DNA from: an uncultured Halobacteriales archaeon
GTDB taxonomy: Archaea; Halobacteriota; Halobacteria; Halobacteriales; Hikarchaeaceae
NCBI GenBank assembly: GCA_964542445.1
Contig: CAZITY010000001.1
Coordinates: 42,485 to 106,484 of the forward strand
Direction: 5' to 3'
DNA length: 64,000 bases
The position numbers were made by a program, and so were the translations under genes. This document shows positions 1 through 8,818 of the stretch, piece by piece; position 1 is the stretch's first letter, and each line of letters opens with the position of its first letter. Under the pieces are notes generated by a model. That model was not told the DNA's origin. It worked only from the letters and a program-made list of their open reading frames with translations, and did no database searches.

Positions 1-680
1 CGAGTGGTCGGTCGTGATCCCCGGTCGTCAAATTCCATTTCCCGTTGGATCGTTTCGTATGTCACGACGTCAGCAAGGCCGGTTTCTTTTGCTGTGGTTA
101 CGGCGGCTTTTGCAGCTTCAACGAACGGGGAGTACACACTCAGTGCGCCACCCGGTGTAAGTAACTCATCGCCGTGTTTTACGATCGCTGGAGCGTTTTT
201 CATGTCGAGCGTGATAACGTCAAACTCGGACGAGAGCGACGGTATCGCTTCAATTACGTTTTCTGACCTGACCGTAACGTTATCAGTGACCTCCGCGAGT
301 GCCATGTTTTCACGAGCGACAGCGGCGAAATCGGCATTCTGCTCAAACGATACCACTGTAGCACCCATTCGTCCGAGGAATGCGGCCAGTACACCGCTTC
401 CCGTCCCCGCGTCTAGAACTCGGTCACCGGTTTGAACTCCTGTTAACCCGATTATGAGCCCGATATCGCGGGGGAGTAATGGTGCGCCAGTCCGTTCAAA
501 ATGGTTGAATAAATCCCGATTCCGTAACCGACGGACGCGAAATTCGTTCCCTAGATGGGTTTCGATTGTGCTATCCGGTGAAACAGAATCAGGGATCGAT
601 AGAATACCTAGGTCAGTGTGGAGTTCATCGCCCGGTTCACCTAGGTACTCACGGTCTTCCCGAACCAGTAAGAACGTCAC
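1..680 (-). CDS. trmI: tRNA (adenine-N1)-methyltransferase, TrmI/Gcd14 family; C-terminus cut by window edge
   Basis: Not in ORF track because it runs off the edge. My minus-strand translation reads (GTG)[26 protein letters not shown]...[37 protein letters not shown]...FDVITLDM...[12 protein letters not shown]...EFDDRGSRP. It carries the HTDLG motif and SAM-binding GxGxG of archaeal TrmI. The GTG at 680-678 overlaps the nac stop (GTGA). Plus-strand ORFs 4..435 and 454..693 are its shadows. Confidence 0.7.
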   Translation of the reverse strand, partial: MTFLLVREDREYLGEPGDELHTDLGILSIPDSVSPDSTIETHLGNEFRVRRLRNRDLFNHFERTGAPLLPRDIGLIIGLTGVQTGDRVLDAGTGSGVLAAFLGRMGATVVSFEQNADFAAVARENMALAEVTDNVTVRSENVIEAIPSLSSEFDVITLDMKNAPAIVKHGDELLTPGGALSVYSPFVEAAKAAVTTAKETGLADVVTYETIQREMEFDDRGSRPTT

Positions 681-1036
681 TCTAATTGACTAATTGCGGC
701 CGCGAGATCGCCGTCAGCGTCCGCTAGCGCTTCCCGTGCATTTGATTCAGTTGCGCCCGTTCGTTCCATGATTAACTCAACGTCGTCATCGGGAATTCCC
801 TTATTCTCGGAATCCGTCGCGGTTGCCTCACGTTCTTCCGGTTCCCCCACGACCTGATACGTTTCTTGGCCGCGGGCTTCCATTTTTGTGACGTCCGGAC
901 CCGTGAACACGAGTTCAGTACCATCAGTTAATTGAATTACGACTGAATCGGCCTCGAGTTCGTCGACATCGATCCCCATCTGTTCCATCATTTGCTGCAT
1001 TTTTCGTGGGTTAAGCCCACCACCGCCACCAAACAT
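677..1036 (-). CDS. nac: nascent polypeptide-associated complex protein (NAC domain plus C-terminal UBA)
   Basis: [27 protein letters not shown]... is a typical archaeal NAC N-terminus. The C-terminal ...[31 protein letters not shown] is UBA-like. Confidence 0.9.
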   Translation of the reverse strand: MFGGGGGLNPRKMQQMMEQMGIDVDELEADSVVIQLTDGTELVFTGPDVTKMEARGQETYQVVGEPEEREATATDSENKGIPDDDVELIMERTGATESNAREALADADGDLAAAISQLE

Positions 1037-1149
1037 ACTTGATTCTCGTTCCCTGTTATGAAAAGGATGACGTTCGCTCCTAACACCAATCGTTCCACTC
1101 TCGATTCAACGATACGGTCAATGAATTTTCCGTGCCAATAAATTGGTTA

Positions 1150-1620
1150 TCACGGTGATCCATGCCTGATCTGAACGGCCATCCCAGTAGTAAAATCCTG
1201 CATAGCTCTTGCGTTCAACTCCGCTCGACCTACGCCTAGAAGTTCATTGTCATCGGAAACTACGAGCACCTCATCTCCGCTTCGGATGCCAGAATCGACA
1301 TCAACCACGAATTTCGCGAACGCGTTCTTCCCCGATCGAATATAGGGTTCGCTCTCGGTACCTACTTTGACCCGATACGATGGATATTCGAGAGTCTCAT
1401 GTAATCGTTTGCCGCCCTCGAGTCCGAGCGTAAAGCGGCCGAGAGTCGTGAGCGAGACGAGCCGCCCGTGAGTCACATGGATTTGTCGCGGTCGCCCGGA
1501 CCGGGATCGCTCGATTTCAATCGATTCATCCGACGGAAACAACGCTTTCCCAGCGGGTTTCCCAAATTGGAAGTCAGCGATCGTTTGGAGATCCCCAACC
1601 TCCCACAGTACTCCCGTCAT
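1150..1620 (-). CDS. PUA domain RNA-binding protein (ArcTGT C-terminal-like)
   Basis: 156 aa. The C-terminal ...SGKNAFAKFVVDVDSGIRSGDEVLVVSDDNELLGVGRAELNARAM... is a PUA fold pattern, in a conserved small archaeal PUA protein architecture. Confidence 0.6.
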   Translation of the reverse strand: MTGVLWEVGDLQTIADFQFGKPAGKALFPSDESIEIERSRSGRPRQIHVTHGRLVSLTTLGRFTLGLEGGKRLHETLEYPSYRVKVGTESEPYIRSGKNAFAKFVVDVDSGIRSGDEVLVVSDDNELLGVGRAELNARAMQDFTTGMAVQIRHGSP

Positions 1621-1717
1621 CAGCTACCGGTAGGAATCGCTTCTGCATCCAACTGTTGGTATGTCATGACCTCTTGTTGTGTATCCTCGATCGGTTGGGT
1701 CTTTCGTGCTGTAATAG

Positions 1718-2215
1718 TCAGAGCAAAAATGTTTCCAGTTGCTCGCTCATATCAATAAAATGATCAGCTGCATCAATCAGTTCATCTGATGTCGACTCCA
1801 CAAAGGAAAGAACCTCCACGAGAACACCAGCATGACGAAGGTGCGAACACAATCTCATGAAGTCCCCATCTCCCGTGCATAACACGACGGAATCTACGTG
1901 GTTCGCGAGTGTAACCGCATCGAGAATCATCCCCACATCCCAATCTGCGTGTTTCGTCCCGTCAGGGTGAGTCTTGAGATCCTTGATTTTCGTCTCGAAA
2001 CCGATGTCATCAAGCGCTTCGAAAAACCGCGTTTCTTCAGGGCTATCAGCCCGAATAACATACGCGATTGCTCGAACGAGCGACCGATCTCCAACGGCTT
2101 CATCGAGTAGCGCCGCGTAGTCAATGTTCCGTGAATGAAGGCTTTGGGAGGTATGATACAGGTTTTGCGCGTCCACAAGTACTGCGACCCGCTGAGTCGG
2201 GTGTCGAATAGTCAT
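1718..2215 (-). CDS. NYN domain (LabA/DUF88-like) protein
   Basis: RVAVLVDAQNLYHTSQ...RAIAYV...VVLCTGDGDF are NYN/LabA hallmark acidic motifs. Confidence 0.75.
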   Translation of the reverse strand: MTIRHPTQRVAVLVDAQNLYHTSQSLHSRNIDYAALLDEAVGDRSLVRAIAYVIRADSPEETRFFEALDDIGFETKIKDLKTHPDGTKHADWDVGMILDAVTLANHVDSVVLCTGDGDFMRLCSHLRHAGVLVEVLSFVESTSDELIDAADHFIDMSEQLETFLL

Positions 2216-2344
2216 TATGTCATTATTTTAATTGAGCCCGATAGCCTCTCCGATTCACTAATATCATCCCGCCGGAACAACTCAGCGCGATATGACAGAT
2301 TGTGGAGGCGAATGATTAAGTGGGTGCTCCTGAACGGACCGCGT

Positions 2345-3811
2345 ATGGATGCGGACCTTTGTTTTAGTTCGGCGAGCGACCTAGCCAACAGGATTCGAAC
2401 TGGTGATATTACGTCGGTCTCCGTCATTGATGCATTTCTCGAACGGATCGACGAGCGAAACCAGACCACAAATGCATTTGTGGACATTTATGAATCGGAG
2501 GCCCGAGAAGCCGCCCAACTCGCAGATGAGGACGTAACGCCAGATGCGGAACTTGGCACGCTACACGGTGTACCGGTCGCGATAAAGGATTTGATTCCAG
2601 TAGCTGGCCACAAAACGACGTATGGATCCGTGCCACTATCGGATCATGTCAGTGAGCAAGATGCACCTGTTGTGCAGCGGTTACGGGACGCTGGCGCGAT
2701 TATCTTGGGGAAAACAAACACCTCCGAATTCGGGCATATTGCTGTCACGGACAACGAAGTATTCGGTCCAACCGGCACTCCGTTTGACCCCAGTAAGACA
2801 GCCGGAGGGTCCTCCGGGGGGAGTGCCGCGGCAGTCGCCGATGGACTTGTCCCAATCGCAATCGGGACCGATGCCGGCGGGTCCATACGCATCCCAGCGA
2901 GCGCCTGTGGGGTGTTCGGAATCAAACCAACATTCGGCCGTGTCCCTCGGAACGCACGCCCTGACTTTACGTTGGATACAAATCCATTTACGTGCACCGG
3001 GCCGCTGACTCGATCCATCGAGGATGCTGTGTTAGTCCTCAATGCCATCAGTGGGATTCATAGCAGTGATCCCTTCAGTACACCGGCAACTCATCTCTCA
3101 CCACTTGACCACGAGGACGTCCAGATCGCTGACGTGTCACTCGCCTATAGTCCCGATCTCGGTTGTTTTTCTATCGATCCCCGGATTCGTTCACAACTCG
3201 ACAGCGTGATTCAGTCACTCGGCTCCCATGGGTTTAACATCCAGCAAGACACCCCTGCAGTTGCGGATAATTGGGACGCATTACGAGAGGCCTCATTCAC
3301 AATATTCCAATCGCGGATGGCGGCAGTCATCGCTGGCTCAGAGCAGGCATTTGGGGTTGATTTAACAGGCAACCTCGATTCGGTAACGTACTCACTTCGA
3401 GCGATGGTCGAACGTGGCCGGGAATTCACGGTGACTGATCTCAGTACGGCCAACGGGACCCGCTCGCTTGTTTATGATGCAGTCGCCACGTTTTTTGACA
3501 CATATGACATTTTACTTACCCCTACGCTTGCCGTCCCACCTTTCGCTTTGTCGGATATCGGCCCAGACGAAATCGATGGGGTAAACGTCAACAAATATAC
3601 AGATTGGTACCTAACACAACTCTTCAATATGACGGGGCATCCCGCCGCTTCACTACCGATAGGACTGACCGACACCGGTCTCCCGATAGGAATGCAAATC
3701 GCCGGTCGACGACATGACGATGAACTCGTTCTCACTATCGCTCAATCGATTGAATCAACCATCGACACACCTGAATTCTACCCACCGACCACAGCTGCAC
3801 CGGCACCCTAG
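2345..3811 (+). CDS. amidase (amidase-signature family)
   Basis: GGSSGGSAAAVA plus the GTDAGGSIRIPAS signature. The ORF-track start 2135 overlaps the divergent NYN gene. The ATG at 2345 gives MDADLCFSSASDLANRIRTGDITSV, a typical amidase N-terminus. Confidence 0.8.
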   Translation: MDADLCFSSASDLANRIRTGDITSVSVIDAFLERIDERNQTTNAFVDIYESEAREAAQLADEDVTPDAELGTLHGVPVAIKDLIPVAGHKTTYGSVPLSDHVSEQDAPVVQRLRDAGAIILGKTNTSEFGHIAVTDNEVFGPTGTPFDPSKTAGGSSGGSAAAVADGLVPIAIGTDAGGSIRIPASACGVFGIKPTFGRVPRNARPDFTLDTNPFTCTGPLTRSIEDAVLVLNAISGIHSSDPFSTPATHLSPLDHEDVQIADVSLAYSPDLGCFSIDPRIRSQLDSVIQSLGSHGFNIQQDTPAVADNWDALREASFTIFQSRMAAVIAGSEQAFGVDLTGNLDSVTYSLRAMVERGREFTVTDLSTANGTRSLVYDAVATFFDTYDILLTPTLAVPPFALSDIGPDEIDGVNVNKYTDWYLTQLFNMTGHPAASLPIGLTDTGLPIGMQIAGRRHDDELVLTIAQSIESTIDTPEFYPPTTAAPAP

Positions 3812-3825
3812 CTCGCTACCCCCGA

Positions 3826-4278
3826 TCACTCATCGGTTACTGAATGAAACACTCCCACCCCAAGCTGCTCTTTGATGCGTTGTTTCACATCACTCGATGA
3901 CCGGACACCATTCCCTGTATACTCGCTGATTCGTTCGACCTCTACCTCTGGATACCCAGCGTTTGCTAGTTCCTCCGATAATTGTGCAAGATCGAATTTT
4001 TGATCGTACCCAATTGTGATTATCGCTGGTTGGATGCTTTCGACGCTGTCAAAAATACTCCCCTTTGATCCCAGCCGAGCAGAATCCACCATCTCTAAAG
4101 CTTCTACGACTTCCCGACGACTCTCATCATCCATAAATAGATCTTTCCGGGACTCCATCCGTGAATCTCTCGAGATGACCACATGTAATTCGTCCCCTAG
4201 CCCAGCGCTTTCACGCAAATAATGGAGATGTCCTGGATGGACAATATCGAACGTTCCCTGCGCCATAACTCGCCGCAT
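3826..4278 (-). CDS. ribL: FAD synthase, archaeal RibL-type cytidylyltransferase fold
   Basis: MAQGTFDIVHPGHLHYLRESAGLGDELHVVISRD matches the GTFDxxHxGH nucleotidyltransferase motif and the ~150 aa RibL size. Confidence 0.8.
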   Translation of the reverse strand: MRRVMAQGTFDIVHPGHLHYLRESAGLGDELHVVISRDSRMESRKDLFMDDESRREVVEALEMVDSARLGSKGSIFDSVESIQPAIITIGYDQKFDLAQLSEELANAGYPEVEVERISEYTGNGVRSSSDVKQRIKEQLGVGVFHSVTDE

Positions 4279-4418
4279 ACTCGATGGTTGTGGCCACGGG
4301 ACAATAGCCTAACCGTTCCAGCCTACGCGGCAACAGACCTGCCCGCAAATCCTCACTTGTGTCAGGGGATAAACTAGTACGGATACATTCTTAGCCTCAC
4401 GGCGAGGTAGGTGCTCCT

Positions 4419-5051
4419 ATGCCAGAAGAAATTCTCCCCGACGTCTATGACATCACGTGCCGAGAAGAACCCAGCGGGAAACGGTACCGCGTCTTTTTGT
4501 TTGACCGAGACACTCCTACGTTGTTCGACACTGCGTTCAACGACACCACTGACGCGTTATTCGCTGGCATCGAAGAAATCGGGGTTGAACCGGAACGACT
4601 CATCATTACGCACGGTGATGGGGACCACTTCGAAGCGTTCGATATGATTGTCGACGAATATGGCGTTGAAACATACGTTCCCACGGAGACCATTGCGGAG
4701 ACCACCAACGCACCTGACTATCGCGTCTCTGATAGGGACACGATAGGATCTTTTACCGCCGTCCACACCCCGGGACACGAGGATGACAACTACGTGTATA
4801 TAGAGGAATCAACTGGGATTGCCGTTATGGGGGACGCCGTGTCTGGGGCAGACCAACGAGGCCTCCCAGTTGGGGAATTCCACCTCCCTCCAGCATATTA
4901 TTCGAAAGATCTAAATCAAGCAGAAAACAGCCTCGAACGCCTACTCACGTATTCATTCGATTCCGCACTTGTTTTTCACGGCTCGTCAGTCCTCGAAAAC
5001 GCCGATTCGAAACTCGATCGATACGTGAATTTCCCCAGTAAACCAACCTAA
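4419..5051 (+). CDS. MBL-fold metallo-hydrolase
   Basis: ITHGDGDHFEAF (HxHxDH-like motif) and a downstream HTPGH. Confidence 0.7.
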   Translation: MPEEILPDVYDITCREEPSGKRYRVFLFDRDTPTLFDTAFNDTTDALFAGIEEIGVEPERLIITHGDGDHFEAFDMIVDEYGVETYVPTETIAETTNAPDYRVSDRDTIGSFTAVHTPGHEDDNYVYIEESTGIAVMGDAVSGADQRGLPVGEFHLPPAYYSKDLNQAENSLERLLTYSFDSALVFHGSSVLENADSKLDRYVNFPSKPT

Positions 5052-5060
5052 CCAATCAGC

Positions 5061-5339
5061 TCAATTCTCGTCAGGAAACCCATGTTGTTCCCCGACACGC
5101 TGGGATCGCTTCGTCGAGTAGAGCGGATCAGCTACCAGATACCCATCTACATCCGCAGGATCATTAGGCGCGACATCCTGAACCCGAACCCGACCTACAC
5201 TACTAATCACTTGCGCCCACTCTTTCGCGTCCGATTTACTCGCGAAGGTTCGGGTTGACTGCCGACGACCAACCCACTCGGAAGCAAATCGGTTTATTCG
5301 TCGCGCTGACGGTTTAATCGCGACGACATACCCACTCAT
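5061..5339 (-). CDS. hypothetical protein (basic N-terminus, acidic C-terminus)
   Basis: Clean 92-aa ORF filling the gap between flanking genes. I recognise no family. Confidence 0.4.
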   Translation of the reverse strand: MSGYVVAIKPSARRINRFASEWVGRRQSTRTFASKSDAKEWAQVISSVGRVRVQDVAPNDPADVDGYLVADPLYSTKRSQRVGEQHGFPDEN

Positions 5340-5395
5340 CTATACACCATTCAGCGCTGATTTCACTAAAACCAACGCCCTCAGCCACCGAATCT

Positions 5396-5746
5396 TCAGT
5401 CTGCAGAACCAGACTCTACTACCCGGAGTATATCTCCTCCGCGTATTTCACTCGCGCTCCCAGCGCGTAGTTCAACGATCATGTCTCCTCGCCCCCAACC
5501 AAACCCCGTCCATGGCGAGAGCGTCTGAACGTTCGTTACTTTCCCATCAACCACCCATACAACATCAATTGGCACCCGCACAAACAACATATGCACACTC
5601 CGCCGCTTCACTTCATCAAACGGGAACACCAACCCGTACCCCTCAGGGATCTCATCCCTGAACATCAACCCCCGAATTTTCGCCCGAAGCGTTTCTGCCA
5701 CTTCCACCGAGTCAGCCACCATCTGCCCCTCATGCTCGAGACGCAC
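5396..5746 (-). CDS. DUF192 domain protein
   Basis: (GTG)RLEHEGQMVADSVEVAETLRAKIRGLMFRDEIPEGYGLVFPF...MLFVRVPIDVVWV is the DUF192 pattern. The ORF-track start 5866 is a TTG. The in-frame GTG at 5746 gives the canonical family N-terminus and removes the overlap with the divergent gene. Confidence 0.65.
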   Translation of the reverse strand: MRLEHEGQMVADSVEVAETLRAKIRGLMFRDEIPEGYGLVFPFDEVKRRSVHMLFVRVPIDVVWVVDGKVTNVQTLSPWTGFGWGRGDMIVELRAGSASEIRGGDILRVVESGSAD

Positions 5747-5798
5747 ACTCTTTGCACCTAACCCGAGGGTAAAACGTTTGTGGCTGACCCAATCACCT

Positions 5799-6317
5799 AT
5801 GCATATGAACCGTACTCCCACCGGCACCCCCGTCGGTGTGGATGACCCATACGACTTCGCCGACAAATGCGATCACCTAACGAGCGAAGGCACCTGCAGA
5901 TACGCGTTCGAAAACCCCTCCGCAGACCCCTCGTTTAGTAAAAAACTCAGAGAACAATCACTCAAATGCCCCGTTGCCAACGATGATGTCGCGTGGCGAG
6001 ACTGCCCGCATTACCGATCACGAAGCACCGAAACCGAATGCATCCGGTGTGGTCTCACTGAGTACCTAGATGCTCATTCTGAAGCCCGTCCGCTACTCGA
6101 AGAACACCATTTGTCATACCCTAATAGCCCACTCGAACACGAAATCACTGTCATGCTATGTCGCTGGTGTCACGCCAAAGTCCATGATTCATGGGCAAGG
6201 ATTACCGACGACGTTAATCCAGACCCGGAAGCGATCGCTGAAAAAGAAGGGCGCCGATCAGTCGAACTCGAAGAAACCGAATTTACCACAGCTGCAGACC
6301 GATACAACCACCAATAA
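5799..6317 (+). CDS. Cys-rich protein with C-terminal HNH-like motif
   Basis: CIRCG...LLEEHHLSYPNSPLEHEITVMLCRWCHAKVH resembles an HNH (HH...N/E...CxxCH..H) finger. The N-terminal half has further Cys/His (CDH..C, C..C.H). The track start 5778 is a TTG; the first ATG is at 5799. Confidence 0.5.
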   Translation: MHMNRTPTGTPVGVDDPYDFADKCDHLTSEGTCRYAFENPSADPSFSKKLREQSLKCPVANDDVAWRDCPHYRSRSTETECIRCGLTEYLDAHSEARPLLEEHHLSYPNSPLEHEITVMLCRWCHAKVHDSWARITDDVNPDPEAIAEKEGRRSVELEETEFTTAADRYNHQ

Positions 6318-6426
6318 CTGCTTCCCCGGTTCCGATTCAGTCACCGCTTCCCAGCACCGACCACGAAAAACATGATCGCATTGATATCGATTGTGCTTTT
6401 ACCGATACCACTCCTCTATAACCGTA

Positions 6427-6978
6427 ATGACTCGGATCGTCGTTATCGACAATGACGGTCAATTCACTCACCTCGAACAGCGAGCGGTCCGGGACCTCGG
6501 ATCGGACGCACGCATCCTCCCGAACACTACACAACCAACCGAAATTGACGCTGACGGGATCATTCTCTCCGGTGGCCCCCACACCGCATCGGCGGACCGC
6601 GGCACTCGATACTTCTCCCTCGATATTCCCGTCCTTGGCATTTGTCTAGGAATGCAGGATATGGCAGTGGGGTGTGGTGGCCAAGTCGGTCCTGGGGAGT
6701 ACGGTGGATACGCTGACGTAACCGTTACTATCGACGATCCTTCTGATCCCCTTATTGGCTCCCTAGCCCCAACGACAAAAGTCTGGGCCAGTCACGCCGA
6801 CGAAGTCAAAGAAACCCCGGACGGGTTTACCCGAACCGCCCATAGTGATATTTGTAATATTGAGGCAATTAGTGACACCGAAAATGACCGATACGGCGTT
6901 CAATGGCACCCAGAAGTCGCACATACCGAAGAGGGCCAAGAACTCTTCGAGAACTTCATTACTCTTTGCCGATCATAA
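6427..6978 (+). CDS. guaA: GMP synthase (glutamine-hydrolysing), glutamine amidotransferase subunit A
   Basis: MTRIVVIDNDGQFTHLEQRAVRDLG...GICLGMQ...QWHPEVAHTEEG is a class-I GATase triad context, typical of the split archaeal GuaA. The ATG at 6427 gives the canonical start. Confidence 0.85.
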   Translation: MTRIVVIDNDGQFTHLEQRAVRDLGSDARILPNTTQPTEIDADGIILSGGPHTASADRGTRYFSLDIPVLGICLGMQDMAVGCGGQVGPGEYGGYADVTVTIDDPSDPLIGSLAPTTKVWASHADEVKETPDGFTRTAHSDICNIEAISDTENDRYGVQWHPEVAHTEEGQELFENFITLCRS

Positions 6979-6985
6979 CGCATTA

Positions 6986-7228
6986 CTAATCTGCATCAGG
7001 TTCTTCTAGTACTTCATCGATCGCATGTTGCGCTGCTAACGCGGCGTCATGTGCGACTGTCTCCTCGTCTTCCGCGGACGGAATGGAGAGGTAAATATCG
7101 ATTGACACTTCCTTGTTTTCATACCGGATAGCTATATCAAGATCACTGATCTCATCCCGAGAATACCGTGAAAAAATAACGGATTCAGCGGCTGAAACAC
7201 CGGTGTTCACAACAGCTGTCTCATCCAT
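6986..7228 (-). CDS. small acidic protein downstream of prefoldin beta (DUF3194-like)
   Basis: 80 aa. Its position immediately after pfdB matches the conserved archaeal cluster. Family name is from memory. Confidence 0.55.
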   Translation of the reverse strand: MDETAVVNTGVSAAESVIFSRYSRDEISDLDIAIRYENKEVSIDIYLSIPSAEDEETVAHDAALAAQHAIDEVLEEPDAD

Positions 7229-7254
7229 TCAATTCCGCTCCATCCGGTCACTGC

Positions 7255-7659
7255 CTAGTCTCCTGCGCCAGGTCCTGGTCCACTGAGGCCGCCCCCACCT
7301 GGTCCCCCAAGTCCGCTACCCTGTATTAATTCCTGCAGGTCACTTTGCAACTGTTCGAATTGTTCTTTCACGCGTTGTTCTTGTTTTTTCAACGTCTCAA
7401 CGCGGATTTCGAGACTATCGATTCGGTCCTCTAGATCTTCTTCTGCGGCTCCCCGCTCTGTTTCTATGAATAATTCGCCGACTTCACGATACATCTGTGC
7501 ATCATCGCCGACTTCTTCGAGCGCTTCCATCGCCGTTTCCGCATCTGACAATTCTGTTTCTGCTTGTTGTTTCTGCATCGAGACTTGTTGCGCTTTCTCC
7601 TGTAAATCACGAAGGTTCTGGATTTTTTCTTGTGCTTCCGGCGGCAGATTCCCTTGCAT
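7255..7659 (-). CDS. pfdB: prefoldin subunit beta
   Basis: [26 protein letters not shown]...[11 protein letters not shown]...[23 protein letters not shown] is the coiled coil-hairpin-coiled coil prefoldin beta pattern. Confidence 0.85.
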   Translation of the reverse strand: MQGNLPPEAQEKIQNLRDLQEKAQQVSMQKQQAETELSDAETAMEALEEVGDDAQMYREVGELFIETERGAAEEDLEDRIDSLEIRVETLKKQEQRVKEQFEQLQSDLQELIQGSGLGGPGGGGLSGPGPGAGD

Positions 7660-7815
7660 ATGTTTTTAGTCAATACCGGCAGGGAAAAATCCACGCATAT
7701 CGATATCAATCGCATCGCTCCCGACAGACCACTACGAGCACCGCGAGATCAAGTTGTAAGACATTCCTGGATCAGCGGGAATAATTTACCCCCGTATTCG
7801 CGGGAAGAGGATCAC

Positions 7816-8070
7816 TTACTTCGCGATTGACGTTGTATCTTCCGCCACTTCAATCAACGAGAGCCACGTATTCGATGCAGCACGCAATGCCACGAGATCC
7901 GCGGCATCAATCGAAATTTTAACGGTGTTATCTTCCTGCGTAACGGCTGTTTCTGATCGATCATCATCGATTTCCCCGATTTCCTGTCCAACACTCCGAT
8001 AAATAATACGCGCCATCTCGGAGGAATCGTATTCGAGGTCAAATTTTATGTGATGGGCAAAGTTACCCAT
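7816..8070 (-). CDS. pcc1: KEOPS complex subunit Pcc1
   Basis: MGNFAHHIKFDLEYDSSEMARIIYRSV...LVALRAASNTWLSLIEVAE is the Pcc1 pattern, located between pfdB and rpoP. The track start 8079 is a TTG; the ATG is at 8070. Confidence 0.75.
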   Translation of the reverse strand: MGNFAHHIKFDLEYDSSEMARIIYRSVGQEIGEIDDDRSETAVTQEDNTVKISIDAADLVALRAASNTWLSLIEVAEDTTSIAK

Positions 8071-8163
8071 ACCAATCAACTACCACCCTCCACGCAAGCA
8101 AACCACTTCAACCTTTCAACCCGCCAGTACCTTGTTCATCCAAGAATACTGACCGATTCTAAA

Positions 8164-8298
8164 TTACTCTACAGAAATCTCTTTGATCGCACCGCTTCGT
8201 TCCTTCAACAAGACTCGATGCCCACAATACGGACAACGAACCCCACTATACTCATCTAATTCTACATTTCGTTTGCATCGAGAACAACGATAACTCAT
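8164..8298 (-). CDS. rpoP: DNA-directed RNA polymerase subunit P (Rpo12)
   Basis: Not in ORF track (44 aa). My translation is [44 protein letters not shown], a CxxC...CxxC zinc ribbon. Its ATG overlaps the rpl37ae stop (ATGA). Confidence 0.85.
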   Translation of the reverse strand: MSYRCSRCKRNVELDEYSGVRCPYCGHRVLLKERSGAIKEISVE

Positions 8299-8594
8299 TG
8301 GTCGGCCTCCTCTTCCCCTTCTTCTTCTTCGGCTAACGCCGCGCGAATGGACCGTGAGACAGTTGATCCTGCTGGAGTTTCAGGTTGATACGCTCCACCA
8401 GCAAACTGATAGTCGCACTTATCACACTGCCAAACGCCAGTCCCGATCCGTGCCACTTTTTCCTCACCGCATTCCGGACATACGTGTTTTTGATTCGTAG
8501 CAGCCTCTATGTCGGCCACTCGTCGCCGGGCAACACGCCCATAGCGGACGCCATATCTCCCGGCAGACCCAACTTCTCCCTGTCGCTCAGACAT
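8295..8594 (-). CDS. rpl37ae: 50S ribosomal protein L37Ae (eL43)
   Basis: [30 protein letters not shown]...[33 protein letters not shown] is the L37Ae zinc ribbon. The ATG at 8594 is the conserved start. The track extension to 8747 has no family support. Confidence 0.9.
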   Translation of the reverse strand: MSERQGEVGSAGRYGVRYGRVARRRVADIEAATNQKHVCPECGEEKVARIGTGVWQCDKCDYQFAGGAYQPETPAGSTVSRSIRAALAEEEEGEEEADQ

Positions 8595-8818
8595 ATACAC
8601 TGGTAACAGAGTGAGCGAGAAAAACCCTTTGTAATCCGGTTTCCGGTACTTTCTCACTCCTACTGGGGATTTCCACCGGGAAGCAACCCACCCAAAGCAC
8701 TCGTCTATTCCCAGCAATACCTTAGAATGTTTGCCTGATACACCCACCGTATTCCGTAGTGTGTAGGCTGGTTTCCCGCTGACAGTCCATTTCGACTTTC
8801 GAAGCGGACGGTGATTTC

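Noticed and set aside
4-693. Plus-strand ORFs 4..435 and 454..693 from the ORF track
   Set aside because: Their products are Ser/Arg/Thr-rich and non-acidic, with no recognisable motif. The opposite strand encodes a clean TrmI methyltransferase across the same span, so these are shadow ORFs.
5746-5866. Apparent ~90-bp head-to-head overlap between the DUF192 gene and the Cys-rich HNH-like gene
   Set aside because: Both ORF-track starts (5866 and 5778) are TTG codons. Using the in-frame GTG at 5746 for DUF192 and the ATG at 5799 for the other gene gives family-typical N-termini and a normal 52-bp divergent spacer.
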